This document shows, in pieces, positions 18,887 through 27,110 of a stretch of DNA of 64,000 nt. The stretch covers positions 15,309-79,308 of the forward strand of contig CAISIO010000006.1 in NCBI GenBank assembly GCA_903885445.1, given 5' to 3'. The stretch comes from Candidatus Staskawiczbacteria bacterium. GTDB lineage: Bacteria > Patescibacteriota > Minisyncoccia > Minisyncoccales > Staskawiczbacteraceae. Both the position numbers and the translations under genes were made by a program. The notes under the pieces were generated by a model that saw only the letters and a list, made by a program, of their open reading frames with translations, did no database searches and was not told the origin of the DNA. Every line of letters begins with the position of its first letter. Within the stretch, counting starts at the first letter, position 1.

Positions 18887-19966
18887 TTAGATTGCATCCG
18901 ACTTAATAGGATCACCGGCCAATATGTCATGCTTGGCTTTCTTCCCTAGAATAGCGGTAATTTGCGGGGGCCGCAAAAATAGCGCCGGGCGCAAAAATTC
19001 AATTTTATCGCGCGAGATGATTTCTCCTGCTTTAATATTTTCTTTGGCATAAATACCGCGCCGCTGAATAATAATCGTTTCTTTTTCTGAATTCAAAACC
19101 CGCTTTTGGCCATCTCCCAAAACTTTTTCTACCGAACGTATACTGTCTACCATAATTTTAAAAGCAGCCGCGTTCATGGCAAAAGGATGGTCATTGCCTT
19201 TGCGCTTGATATCGTCGGTAAAATGTTTTTCGACAACAACGCCTCCTAACGCCACCATGGCCATAGGTGCTGTAATGCCGCCTAGAGGATCGTCCCCGCC
19301 ACCCTCTTTTCCAATCGTATGATCGGAAAGGCCGACTTCAACGCCAAACTCTTTTTTTAGAGAAATCATGGCATTCAGATTGGAATCGGCCAACATCGAT
19401 GGATAATTAGTTGCGCACTGCAATAAAACAATTCGCTGGTTCCCGGCTTCGCGGATAACCGAAAGCGCTTGCCATATTTCTTCTTTAGAAGAAGCGCCGC
19501 ACGACAAAATAACCGGCTTTTGCTTTTGGGCAATATAGCGTAAAAATTCCAGGTTGTCTATCTCTCCTGAACCAATTTTATATGCAGGTACTCCAATCTT
19601 TTCTAATTCATCAACAGCATCAATATCATACGGACTTGAAAAAAAATCTATACCAATACTTTCACAGAAATCAGAAAATTCCCGCAGCCATTCTCTTGGG
19701 AATTCGGCATCCTTATAAACTTCCGCTACTGGTTTTTCCCATTTTATTTGGTGCGCCAGCTTCACCCCATTAAAACCTTTTTGTGACACTAACTTTGAGG
19801 ATAAAAAGTTTTGGATTTTAAAAGCGTCAGCGCCCGCTTCTTTGGCAAGTTTCGCCAGCATTTTCGCGCGCTCCAAACTGCCATCAAAATTAGAACCTAC
19901 ATCGGCTATAATATATACCGGCTGCCCCTCTCCGATTACATTGTTATTAATTTTTATGGTTGTCAT
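18887..19966 (-). CDS. Nonulosonic acid synthase (NeuB/PseI/LegI family) with C-terminal SAF domain
   Basis: Contains the YIIADVGSNFDG, AFKIQ and LSDHT blocks plus a SAF-like C-terminus. I trimmed the start to ATG 19966 (MTTIKINN), which makes an ATGA overlap with the upstream stop. The track start at 20026 would overlap by 64 nt. Confidence 0.85.
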   Translation of the reverse strand: MTTIKINNNVIGEGQPVYIIADVGSNFDGSLERAKMLAKLAKEAGADAFKIQNFLSSKLVSQKGFNGVKLAHQIKWEKPVAEVYKDAEFPREWLREFSDFCESIGIDFFSSPYDIDAVDELEKIGVPAYKIGSGEIDNLEFLRYIAQKQKPVILSCGASSKEEIWQALSVIREAGNQRIVLLQCATNYPSMLADSNLNAMISLKKEFGVEVGLSDHTIGKEGGGDDPLGGITAPMAMVALGGVVVEKHFTDDIKRKGNDHPFAMNAAAFKIMVDSIRSVEKVLGDGQKRVLNSEKETIIIQRRGIYAKENIKAGEIISRDKIEFLRPALFLRPPQITAILGKKAKHDILAGDPIKSDAI

Positions 19967-20688
19967 ATTTTTAATGTCGCAAGAATTTCTTTGTCTTCCA
20001 TATACCACTGCTTCTCCCACGTCCACAGCAATGTATTGACCGTGACTTCGCCAATAGTTTCTCCCCAGTTTGATTCCATATGGCGCAATAAAGGCGCCAT
20101 TTTAATTTCGTCTAAGGGCTCAAGAATCCGGCCGAGTGAAGTGTGAAACCATTGAGATTGCTTTTTGGGATAGGCTGGCAACGTTCCTCTTAATTTTAAA
20201 CGAAATTCTTCTACAGCCCCGGCATCTTCAAAACCTGGGACAACAATTGTCCCGTCTGGCGTGATAAAAGGATAGTGGAAAGAAATTTTAAACGGAGGCA
20301 GCTCTCTGCCCACAGACAAAGAATATTTTATGCCGGCCTGTATTTGTTCTTGCGAAAATACCTCTTCGGGACGCTGGAACAGAAAAATTTCCACATGCCT
20401 GTTTTGAGGTTTTACGCCATAAGAAATTGGATTGCCGAGCAAAGTAATAAACTTTTTCCAATAATCTTCGAACATCTTCTGGAAATATTCCGGGAAAGGA
20501 AGGCAACACACCAGCGCATAGGTATTAAAACGCCTTGGGATGGGAGAGCCGTTGGCTATTTTTGGCGTTTCATCGGAATTAAGTTCAAAAAAGAATTTCG
20601 AACCAGACACATCTCTTGGCGCCAAGTGCTTATTACGCAAAGTTGTTTCCCAGACAGTACGATATTTTTGCTCCAATGGATTTTCCAT
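19963..20688 (-). CDS. Hypothetical protein, translationally coupled between pseB-like and neuB-like genes
   Basis: 241-aa ORF. Its stop overlaps the neuB-like start (ATGA). I recognise no family. One HxS/Tx-type motif (FHTSLGR) and a degenerate one (RHVEIF) faintly recall 2H phosphoesterases. Confidence 0.6.
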   Translation of the reverse strand: MENPLEQKYRTVWETTLRNKHLAPRDVSGSKFFFELNSDETPKIANGSPIPRRFNTYALVCCLPFPEYFQKMFEDYWKKFITLLGNPISYGVKPQNRHVEIFLFQRPEEVFSQEQIQAGIKYSLSVGRELPPFKISFHYPFITPDGTIVVPGFEDAGAVEEFRLKLRGTLPAYPKKQSQWFHTSLGRILEPLDEIKMAPLLRHMESNWGETIGEVTVNTLLWTWEKQWYMEDKEILATLKI

Positions 20689-20714
20689 GCGGATGTTTAT
20701 GCGTTCAAGTTTAT

Positions 20715-21686
20715 TTACAACGTCTCGATTATTTTTTTAAAATCATCGCGAGTAAACCACTGTGTATTATTGTCGCTGGCATAATGGAATCCATCTGGAA
20801 GCTGCTTGCCTTCCGTAATATTTTTCTTATCCCAAAAAGCAAATTCGGGCTCGATGATAAAATGGTTATCAAACTCTTTGGTGTGCCTTGCTTCTTCACT
20901 GGTAAGCAAGGCTTCTTGCAATTTTTCTCCCGGCCGCATGCCAATGATTTTTATTTGGGCCTCGGGAGCAACCGCCTTTGCCAAATTCATAATTTCCATG
21001 CTGGGAGTCTTGGGAATAAACGTTTCGCCTCCCCGCATTTTTTCTAAAGAATTAATAACTAATTCCACTCCTTGCTCCATCGTCATAAAAAAACGGGTCA
21101 TTTTTTCATGAGTTACCGTTACTGTTCCGGTCTTTTTTTGTTCTAAAAACAAAGGTATGATACTGCCGCAGCTGCCTAAAACATTCGCGTACCGCACGCA
21201 ACTGAAGCGGGTTTTGCGGTCCCCGACGTAAGAGTTTGCCTGGATAAATAATTTTTCCGCACATAGCTTTGTTGCCCCGTACAAATTTACCGGGTTTACC
21301 GCCTTGTCAGAACTTATTAAAATGGCTTTTTCCACGCCATTGTCAATTGCGGCGTCTATTACATTAGCAGTCCCATTTATGTTGGTTTTAATGGCTTCAA
21401 AAGGATTGTACTCGGCAACATGCACATGCTTTAAGGCAGCCGCGTGGACTACAATATCAACACCATTCATTGCGCGGTAAAGGCGGTCTTTATCTCGCAC
21501 ATCTCCAATCAAAAATCTTAACCGCGGATCGTTGAATTTCCTATCCATTTCCACCTCGGCCAATTCTCTGTTATCATAAACGCGAACGCTTTTAGGATTG
21601 TGTTCCCTTAAAATGATTTCTATAAATTTTTGGCCAAAAGATCCGGCTCCTCCGGTGACCAATACTACTTTGTTTTCTAAGCTCAT
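20715..21686 (-). CDS. pseB: UDP-N-acetylglucosamine 4,6-dehydratase (PseB/FlaA1/CapD-type)
   Basis: 323 aa with VLVTGGAGSFGQ, HAAALKHV and the YGATKLCAEK catalytic YxxxK. The length and layout are typical of PseB/FlaA1. Confidence 0.8.
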   Translation of the reverse strand: MSLENKVVLVTGGAGSFGQKFIEIILREHNPKSVRVYDNRELAEVEMDRKFNDPRLRFLIGDVRDKDRLYRAMNGVDIVVHAAALKHVHVAEYNPFEAIKTNINGTANVIDAAIDNGVEKAILISSDKAVNPVNLYGATKLCAEKLFIQANSYVGDRKTRFSCVRYANVLGSCGSIIPLFLEQKKTGTVTVTHEKMTRFFMTMEQGVELVINSLEKMRGGETFIPKTPSMEIMNLAKAVAPEAQIKIIGMRPGEKLQEALLTSEEARHTKEFDNHFIIEPEFAFWDKKNITEGKQLPDGFHYASDNNTQWFTRDDFKKIIETL

Positions 21687-21713
21687 AAATAATGTTTTAC
21701 CTTTAAATATTTT

Positions 21714-21962
21714 TTACCATTTATCAATGGCTTTTCTGACGCGGCTTTTTATACCCAAAAAAACTTTCTCCCCTCCCTTAACTGCTTCGGGCGATAACAG
21801 CCTTAAAATTTCGCGGCCCCAAATCCTGTACTGCCCGCTGACCTTATAGGCACTTATCAACCCATCCTTAATCATCCTTTTCATCGTACTCTCGCTGATT
21901 TTTAGGAAATCACGAGTCTCTTTTGGAGTATATATTTTCTCAGGATTTATTTCTTCTATCAT
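21714..21962 (-). CDS. Excisionase-family / MerR-like helix-turn-helix DNA-binding protein
   Basis: 82 aa. IYTPKETRDFLKISESTMKRMIKDGLISAYKVSGQYRI matches the HTH_17/excisionase pattern. Confidence 0.65.
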   Translation of the reverse strand: MIEEINPEKIYTPKETRDFLKISESTMKRMIKDGLISAYKVSGQYRIWGREILRLLSPEAVKGGEKVFLGIKSRVRKAIDKW

Positions 21963-21971
21963 ATATTATTG

Positions 21972-22008
21972 ATATTAGACCCCTATCAACTAGGTGTCAA
22001 TAGGGGTC
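21972..22008 (-). promoter_or_regulatory. Sigma70-like promoter of the HTH gene with an overlapping 9-bp inverted repeat (candidate autoregulatory operator)
   Basis: On the minus strand the promoter reads TTGACA (21995-22000), N17, TAATAT (21972-21977). The perfect inverted repeat GACCCCTAT/ATAGGGGTC (21978-21986 / 22000-22008) spans the spacer and the -35. Confidence 0.45.
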
Positions 22009-22026
22009 AATAAGTATCATAAACAT

Positions 22027-22057
22027 AAAAAAAGTCCGCCACCCTCCAGTAGCGGAC
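22027..22057 (-). terminator. Intrinsic terminator of GC-rich cassette A
   Basis: The stem GTCCGC/GCGGAC (22034-22039 / 22052-22057) is followed on the minus strand by T7 (plus-strand A-run 22027-22033). It lies 29 nt downstream of the ORF stop. Confidence 0.65.
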
Positions 22058-22085
22058 GATCTTGGCGAAAACCAAGACCCCTCTC

Positions 22086-23117
22086 TTATTTTTCCTCGGT
22101 CGCGGCGGCCAACTCGCGCAAAGCCACGGCTCTGATGTGCTGAGTGCCAATTTCGGGCATGGCCAAAACATAGACCTTGGCCTCGTCAAGTTGGCCGGCA
22201 CGAATCGCCCGGCGCATGAGGACGAGCAAGGCCGTGGCCTTGCGCCCAGAATCTGTGTCGGCCTCAACGACGTTCCTGAGCATTGCCTCAGCTTGGGGCG
22301 TATTGACCGCATTGGCCTGCAGAGCCCGGACCAACTCGGCAATCGGCGCCCACGCGTCGCCGATTTTGAGCGCAGCCTGAAGGCAACTGGTCACCCAAGT
22401 ATCCCAGGCCGCATCGGTCCGATTGAGCCAGGTGAGAATCTCGATTATGTGAGCAGGCCCATTGCCCTGCGCCCAGAGCACTTCAAGCGTATGACCTCGC
22501 AAGGTCTCCTTTAGAGCCAGGAAGAGAGAACCCATCGACGAGACGATGCCGTCCATACTCTGGCCAGAAGCCCCGCGCACCAGATCCGCCTTCAGCAGGT
22601 AGTAAACCTCGAGGAAGCGGGAGATGGCCTCTCCAGCCCTATCACCCATCCTCGCCGCCGTTGTGGCTGAGCGGTGCTGCGCGTCGGCAGCAACGTCGAA
22701 ACGACCCCGTTCGTTGCACCACACGCCGATTTGGTAATCCAGCAGTGTTCTGCATCGTTGCTTCCGGGTACCTTCGGGCAACTCGGAAATCATCTGCCCT
22801 AACTGTTCAATCATCCGGGCAATTGCGGCATCCCTATCTAAGTCTGCCGGTAACCGGCGTTCCCCGTTGAGAACGCCAAGCATCACGAACGCTGCTACTT
22901 CCGGCAAGGCACTCACGCCGGCCAGAATCATCCTGCAAAGCTTCGCGTATGCTCCCGGATCTTTCTCGCCTCTCGCCACCCAGGCCTCAATTGCGCATAG
23001 CAGAACGTCAGTCTGCCAGCCGGTCCGTGGATTGCGCTGGTCGGGCGAAGTCATATCGTTCTTCGCCGTGTAGACCACCAGGGCCGCCAGTGTTGCCAAG
23101 TCGTGCATTACCACCAT
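22086..23117 (-). CDS. Hypothetical all-alpha protein (GC-rich cassette A)
   Basis: 343-aa ORF at about 60% GC in a sampled 60-nt stretch, with GC3-rich codons. GGGAG lies 8 nt upstream of the ATG. The Ala/Leu/Arg-rich helical sequence has no motif I recognise. Confidence 0.7.
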   Translation of the reverse strand: MVVMHDLATLAALVVYTAKNDMTSPDQRNPRTGWQTDVLLCAIEAWVARGEKDPGAYAKLCRMILAGVSALPEVAAFVMLGVLNGERRLPADLDRDAAIARMIEQLGQMISELPEGTRKQRCRTLLDYQIGVWCNERGRFDVAADAQHRSATTAARMGDRAGEAISRFLEVYYLLKADLVRGASGQSMDGIVSSMGSLFLALKETLRGHTLEVLWAQGNGPAHIIEILTWLNRTDAAWDTWVTSCLQAALKIGDAWAPIAELVRALQANAVNTPQAEAMLRNVVEADTDSGRKATALLVLMRRAIRAGQLDEAKVYVLAMPEIGTQHIRAVALRELAAATEEK

Positions 23118-23187
23118 GAGCCAAGCTCCCGTTTCTAGAGTTTCAGATTCTGAGTTACAGACACGTACGTAAAGAACACCGGCCTTT

Positions 23188-23216
23188 ATATTATAACCAT
23201 TTTAACAATCTGTCAA
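23188..23216 (-). promoter_or_regulatory. Sigma70-like promoter of cassette A
   Basis: On the minus strand it reads TTGACA (23211-23216), N17, TAATAT (23188-23193). The predicted leader of about 65 nt contains the shared TCTG/CTAG/AAACG motif. Confidence 0.5.
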
Positions 23217-23225
23217 TATGAGTTT

Positions 23226-23672
23226 TTATTTGTTTTTTAACCCGGCGATGCTGTTTTTTATTAGCACAGAAGAACTTTGAACTTTTTCTCCCCCCACACC
23301 GTTGATTATTTTGATATTAAATTTTTTGCAGACCTCTTTCTCGCCATCTGGTATATTATTTGCATTCCTGTCCCCGCCCTTGGCAAAATAAAGGTCTCCG
23401 GGATATTTTAGGGCGACAAATTTAAGGCTTTCTGTCTGCGTTGCGTCCCTATCAATTGACAATAAAACCTCGTCTGCGTATCTCAACGCCTTAATTATTT
23501 CTATTCTTTCCTGCTCGGGCATAAAAGGGACGCTTCCTTTTATCCTTACTTGTTCATCATTGTTTACAATTACAACTAAAAAATCTCCAAGCTTTTTGGC
23601 ATCTTTTATTAGATTTATGTGGCCTATATGCAGTGGGTTGAAATATCCCGAAGTGATTATTATTTTTTTCAT
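23226..23672 (-). CDS. Cytidylyltransferase-like nucleotidyltransferase (TagD / RfaE-domain-II type)
   Basis: 148 aa. GYFNPLHIGHINLI contains the HxGH motif, and the size and layout match small cytidylyl/adenylyltransferases. Confidence 0.75.
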   Translation of the reverse strand: MKKIIITSGYFNPLHIGHINLIKDAKKLGDFLVVIVNNDEQVRIKGSVPFMPEQERIEIIKALRYADEVLLSIDRDATQTESLKFVALKYPGDLYFAKGGDRNANNIPDGEKEVCKKFNIKIINGVGGEKVQSSSVLIKNSIAGLKNK

Positions 23673-23708
23673 TGATTTTTCTATATTTAATTTGTATCAT
23701 AAAATATC

Positions 23709-25985
23709 ATGGCAAGCAATAATAATTCGACTCCCGATAGAATTAACCTCGCCTGCAAGGCCGGGCTTTTTACTATATTGGTTCTTCCTATTTTGGTCAT
23801 CCCGCCCTGGATATTCCCGCCGGACTGGGGCAAGACTCTTATTTTCAGATGCATTTTTTCCATAATTTTGTTCCTGTTTTTTTATCAATTATTCTACAAA
23901 GAAAAACGCAGACTGCCCGAATTATTCAGAATCTCTAATTTAAAGAAAAACGCCATCTTCTGGATTTTAACTGCCCTCGGCGTGCTTTTTCTTTTATCAT
24001 CAATTTTCTCAAAAGATCCTCTTTTCAGCTTTTTAGGCTCCCCTTACCGGGGCGGAGGCTCTTTAAACTTTATATTCTATATAATATTTGCTTTAGTTGT
24101 TTTTCTGATATTCAAAGAGAAAGATTGGCAAAAGATGTGGAAGCTTTCAATTTTTATAGGAATTTTAGTTTCCTTAATAGCGATTTTCCAGGAATTCGGG
24201 ATGCTTAAAAGCATCTTTATTTCTTATGAAGGGCGCCCACCTTCAGTAATAGGAGGCCCGGAATTCTTAGGGGCGTATCTTTTGCTTTTGTTTTTTATTA
24301 CTTTATCGTTGTTCATAAAAGAAAGGAATCAACGTGCCAAAATTTTCTACGCCGTTTCGATTGCTTTGTTCTTATACGTTATTGTTTTATCAGGAAGCAG
24401 GGCCGCGTATCTTGGCTTATTAGTCGGCGGACTTTATTTCTTTCTTCTATACCCTAAAAAAATTATTGCCTTAAAAATTGCCGCCGTCTTGCTGGTTGCT
24501 TTTGGAGCCTTCACTGTTTATTACTTTAACTCCCGCGTCCCCGAAGAGCTGCCCAAATTATTAAGAGAAAATAAAGTAATAAATGAAATCAGACCAAGGC
24601 TGTCAATTAATCTTTTTTTAGCAGACCCGCGATTTTCCGCATGGCAAGTCGGGTTAAAATCAATAAAAGACGCTCCGATTCTGGGCTGGGGCCCGGAAAA
24701 CTTTTCGGTTGCCTTTGATAGGTACTACACCCCTTCTCTGCCTCAATTATCAAAAGCGTGGGGCGGATGGTGGGACCGGGCGCACAATGTTTTACTTGAA
24801 ACCGCCGTAACAGAGGGAATCCCCGCGATGCTAATATATCTTTCTCTTTTTATTGTTTTATTTTGGCAATTGCAAAAAAGCAGGGCTAAAGAAGAAAACA
24901 GAGAAACAATAATAATATTCCATGGGATACAGGCAACTTTAATCGCTTATTTTGCCGACAACTTTTTTACCTTTGACACTTTTTCAAGTTATATAATTTT
25001 CTTTTTGCTCGTCGCCTATTCGATGCATCTAATATATAAAAACCAGCAAACAGCAGAAATAAAAAATCAAACGTACAAGCGGAAAGGTAAATTCGCCACA
25101 GTGATTTTGTTTTTTGTCCTGGTTATATTCTTATGGCAATACAATATAGCGCCATTCTTGCTAAACTTACAAATAAATATCGCGGAATATTTTGTAGACA
25201 ACAAAAATTGCGCCGGCGCGTTTAAAAAAATGGACGAAATTATTCCCCAACATAGTTTTCTTGATTCTTACTCGAGATTGCAATATGTAAGCTTCATTCA
25301 AAAATGCGCGGGAATCAATCCCAATAATTCTTTAGCTTACGCTCAAAAAGGCGTAGAACTCCTCAAGGATTCCGTAAAAATTCAACCCCTTTATACCCGC
25401 TCCTGGATTTTTCTCGGAGGATTTGCAACAATAATGGCGAATTCAGAAAAAGACCAAACCAAAAAAGAATCCCTGCTTAACGAAGCCGATTATTATTTTA
25501 AAGAGGCTGAGAAGTTGTCCCTCAACCATCAGGAAACGATTCTTGCAGAAGCAAAAACGGAAATAGTTAGGGGAAATTATCAAGGCGCAAAAGAGGATGC
25601 CGAAAAATGCATTTCCTTAGATTCTAGCCTGGGAGACTGCTATTGGACAAGAGCTTTGTCTGAAATATATTTAAAAGATTTTAATAATTCTCAACTTGAT
25701 ATGCTGGTTGCCCAAAGTAAAAGATTCGACATCGGTTCTGTGCTGGCGTTAGGCCAGCTTGTAAACGCCTACTCTGCCTCAGAAAATTATATAGAACTTT
25801 CCAGCACATACGAAAAACTCGTAACGATAGATCCTAAGACCGCCCAATTCCGCTCTTCCTTGGCATTTGCTTACGCCCAAATCGGCGAATATAAAAAAGC
25901 CCGCGAACAGGCAATGATATTTTTAAAACTTATGCCAGAAGCCAAAAGCGAGGTAGATGTGTTTTTGAAAGCACTGCCTTACTAA
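23709..25985 (+). CDS. O-antigen ligase/polymerase-like (Wzy_C) membrane protein with C-terminal TPR repeats
   Basis: 758 aa. About 12 TM helices include the SGSRAAYLGLLVG loop region typical of Wzy_C. The C-terminal ~280 aa are helical TPR-like repeats. It is one of only three plus-strand genes. Confidence 0.65.
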   Translation: MASNNNSTPDRINLACKAGLFTILVLPILVIPPWIFPPDWGKTLIFRCIFSIILFLFFYQLFYKEKRRLPELFRISNLKKNAIFWILTALGVLFLLSSIFSKDPLFSFLGSPYRGGGSLNFIFYIIFALVVFLIFKEKDWQKMWKLSIFIGILVSLIAIFQEFGMLKSIFISYEGRPPSVIGGPEFLGAYLLLLFFITLSLFIKERNQRAKIFYAVSIALFLYVIVLSGSRAAYLGLLVGGLYFFLLYPKKIIALKIAAVLLVAFGAFTVYYFNSRVPEELPKLLRENKVINEIRPRLSINLFLADPRFSAWQVGLKSIKDAPILGWGPENFSVAFDRYYTPSLPQLSKAWGGWWDRAHNVLLETAVTEGIPAMLIYLSLFIVLFWQLQKSRAKEENRETIIIFHGIQATLIAYFADNFFTFDTFSSYIIFFLLVAYSMHLIYKNQQTAEIKNQTYKRKGKFATVILFFVLVIFLWQYNIAPFLLNLQINIAEYFVDNKNCAGAFKKMDEIIPQHSFLDSYSRLQYVSFIQKCAGINPNNSLAYAQKGVELLKDSVKIQPLYTRSWIFLGGFATIMANSEKDQTKKESLLNEADYYFKEAEKLSLNHQETILAEAKTEIVRGNYQGAKEDAEKCISLDSSLGDCYWTRALSEIYLKDFNNSQLDMLVAQSKRFDIGSVLALGQLVNAYSASENYIELSSTYEKLVTIDPKTAQFRSSLAFAYAQIGEYKKAREQAMIFLKLMPEAKSEVDVFLKALPY

Positions 25986-25987
25986 TT

Positions 25988-27007
25988 TTATTTCAAGTTC
26001 TCGTAATTTTGATACACCAAAGTAGAAATATTTTTTATAGCGTTTTTTAAATTATCTAAATTACCTCCTCTTGTCATAACGCAAAGCAAATACGGATTTT
26101 TAGGATAATAAATAATTCCGCAATCGTGCAATTCTATCTGTTGCGCCTGATTATTCTGTTGAATCACATGCTCGCCAAACTTATGCGCCACAGCTATATT
26201 TTGAGGCACGCCGGCAACAAGGCCGTCTTTAAATGTTGTTTCTGAAAGAATGCTCAGCGCCTTTTCTGAATCAACATTATCAAGATAAGTCGACGAATAA
26301 AGTATTCTTAAGAATAAAGAGTATGTTCTGGGAGAAATAGTAAAATCATTTTTTCCGGTAGGATTTTCTATATTTAAAGCATTATAAATGGAATCTAAAG
26401 CTGTTTGATTAATATAAGATAAAAGCAGGTATTCGGCGCCGTTATCTGAATCAATAATCATCTTATTTATTAAATCCTCCACCTTATAACTGTCGCCGAC
26501 TTTTAAATCAGACAGAGTGTTAAAAGCGTCCTGCTTTACAAAATCATCTATGTCTTTTGTGTAGACTAAATGTTTCCCAAGAATATTTTGATTTGTTTCC
26601 GACTCTTTAAAATAGGAAACCATTATCACCACTTTTAGCATGCTGGCCGGCGTATATTTCTCTGTTTCATTTACGCCAACCCATCTGCCCTTATTCAAGT
26701 CATAAAAAAACGCCGACGCGCCCGACAAAATATTGTTCCTTTCAGCGCCATTTATATAATCACTAATCTTGTTCTTTAGAGACGCCATTCCTGTCTCCTG
26801 GTCGGCTGAAGGAATAATATAGGCGAGCAACGGGTCTATAAATTTATACCCTGCGGTGTTTTCCCGTATCGGGCGTATGGTTTCTAATTTCCTGTTCAAA
26901 ACCGCCCTCTCGGCGCCAAAACCCCAAAAATATCCTATGGCAGTACCAATGGACAAAAAAAACAAAAGAAGCGCGACTATTAAAATATATTTTTTCTTTG
27001 TCTGCAT
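25988..27007 (-). CDS. Membrane-anchored class A beta-lactamase-fold serine hydrolase
   Basis: 339 aa with an N-terminal TM helix. The motifs appear in order: SxxK (SMLK), SDN (DSDNG) and a KTG-like HKFG. Confidence 0.6.
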   Translation of the reverse strand: MQTKKKYILIVALLLFFLSIGTAIGYFWGFGAERAVLNRKLETIRPIRENTAGYKFIDPLLAYIIPSADQETGMASLKNKISDYINGAERNNILSGASAFFYDLNKGRWVGVNETEKYTPASMLKVVIMVSYFKESETNQNILGKHLVYTKDIDDFVKQDAFNTLSDLKVGDSYKVEDLINKMIIDSDNGAEYLLLSYINQTALDSIYNALNIENPTGKNDFTISPRTYSLFLRILYSSTYLDNVDSEKALSILSETTFKDGLVAGVPQNIAVAHKFGEHVIQQNNQAQQIELHDCGIIYYPKNPYLLCVMTRGGNLDNLKNAIKNISTLVYQNYENLK

Positions 27008-27042
27008 TTTATAATATTACAACATTAGAAATCGACTGTAAA

Positions 27043-27067
27043 CAAAAACCCGCTTGCGCGGGTTTTT
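27043..27067. terminator. Bidirectional intrinsic terminator
   Basis: AAAAA-ACCCGC-ttgc-GCGGGT-TTTTT (stem 27048-27053 / 27058-27063). It sits between convergently ending genes. A second hairpin, GCTTTG/CAAAGC, lies at about 27080-27098. Confidence 0.7.
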
Positions 27068-27110
27068 GTTTTATTCTCTGCTTTGTTACAAGCAAAGCGA
27101 GAATTACTGA

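Noticed and set aside
22007-23073. Multiple overlapping ORFs in cassette A (22007..22342 minus; 22062..22514, 22177..22380, 22661..22870 and 22867..23073 plus)
   Set aside because: GC-rich DNA produces long stop-free frames on both strands. Only the 343-aa frame has a Shine-Dalgarno, a promoter and a terminator in the right places. The others are Arg/Pro/Ser-rich, as is typical of off-frame translation.
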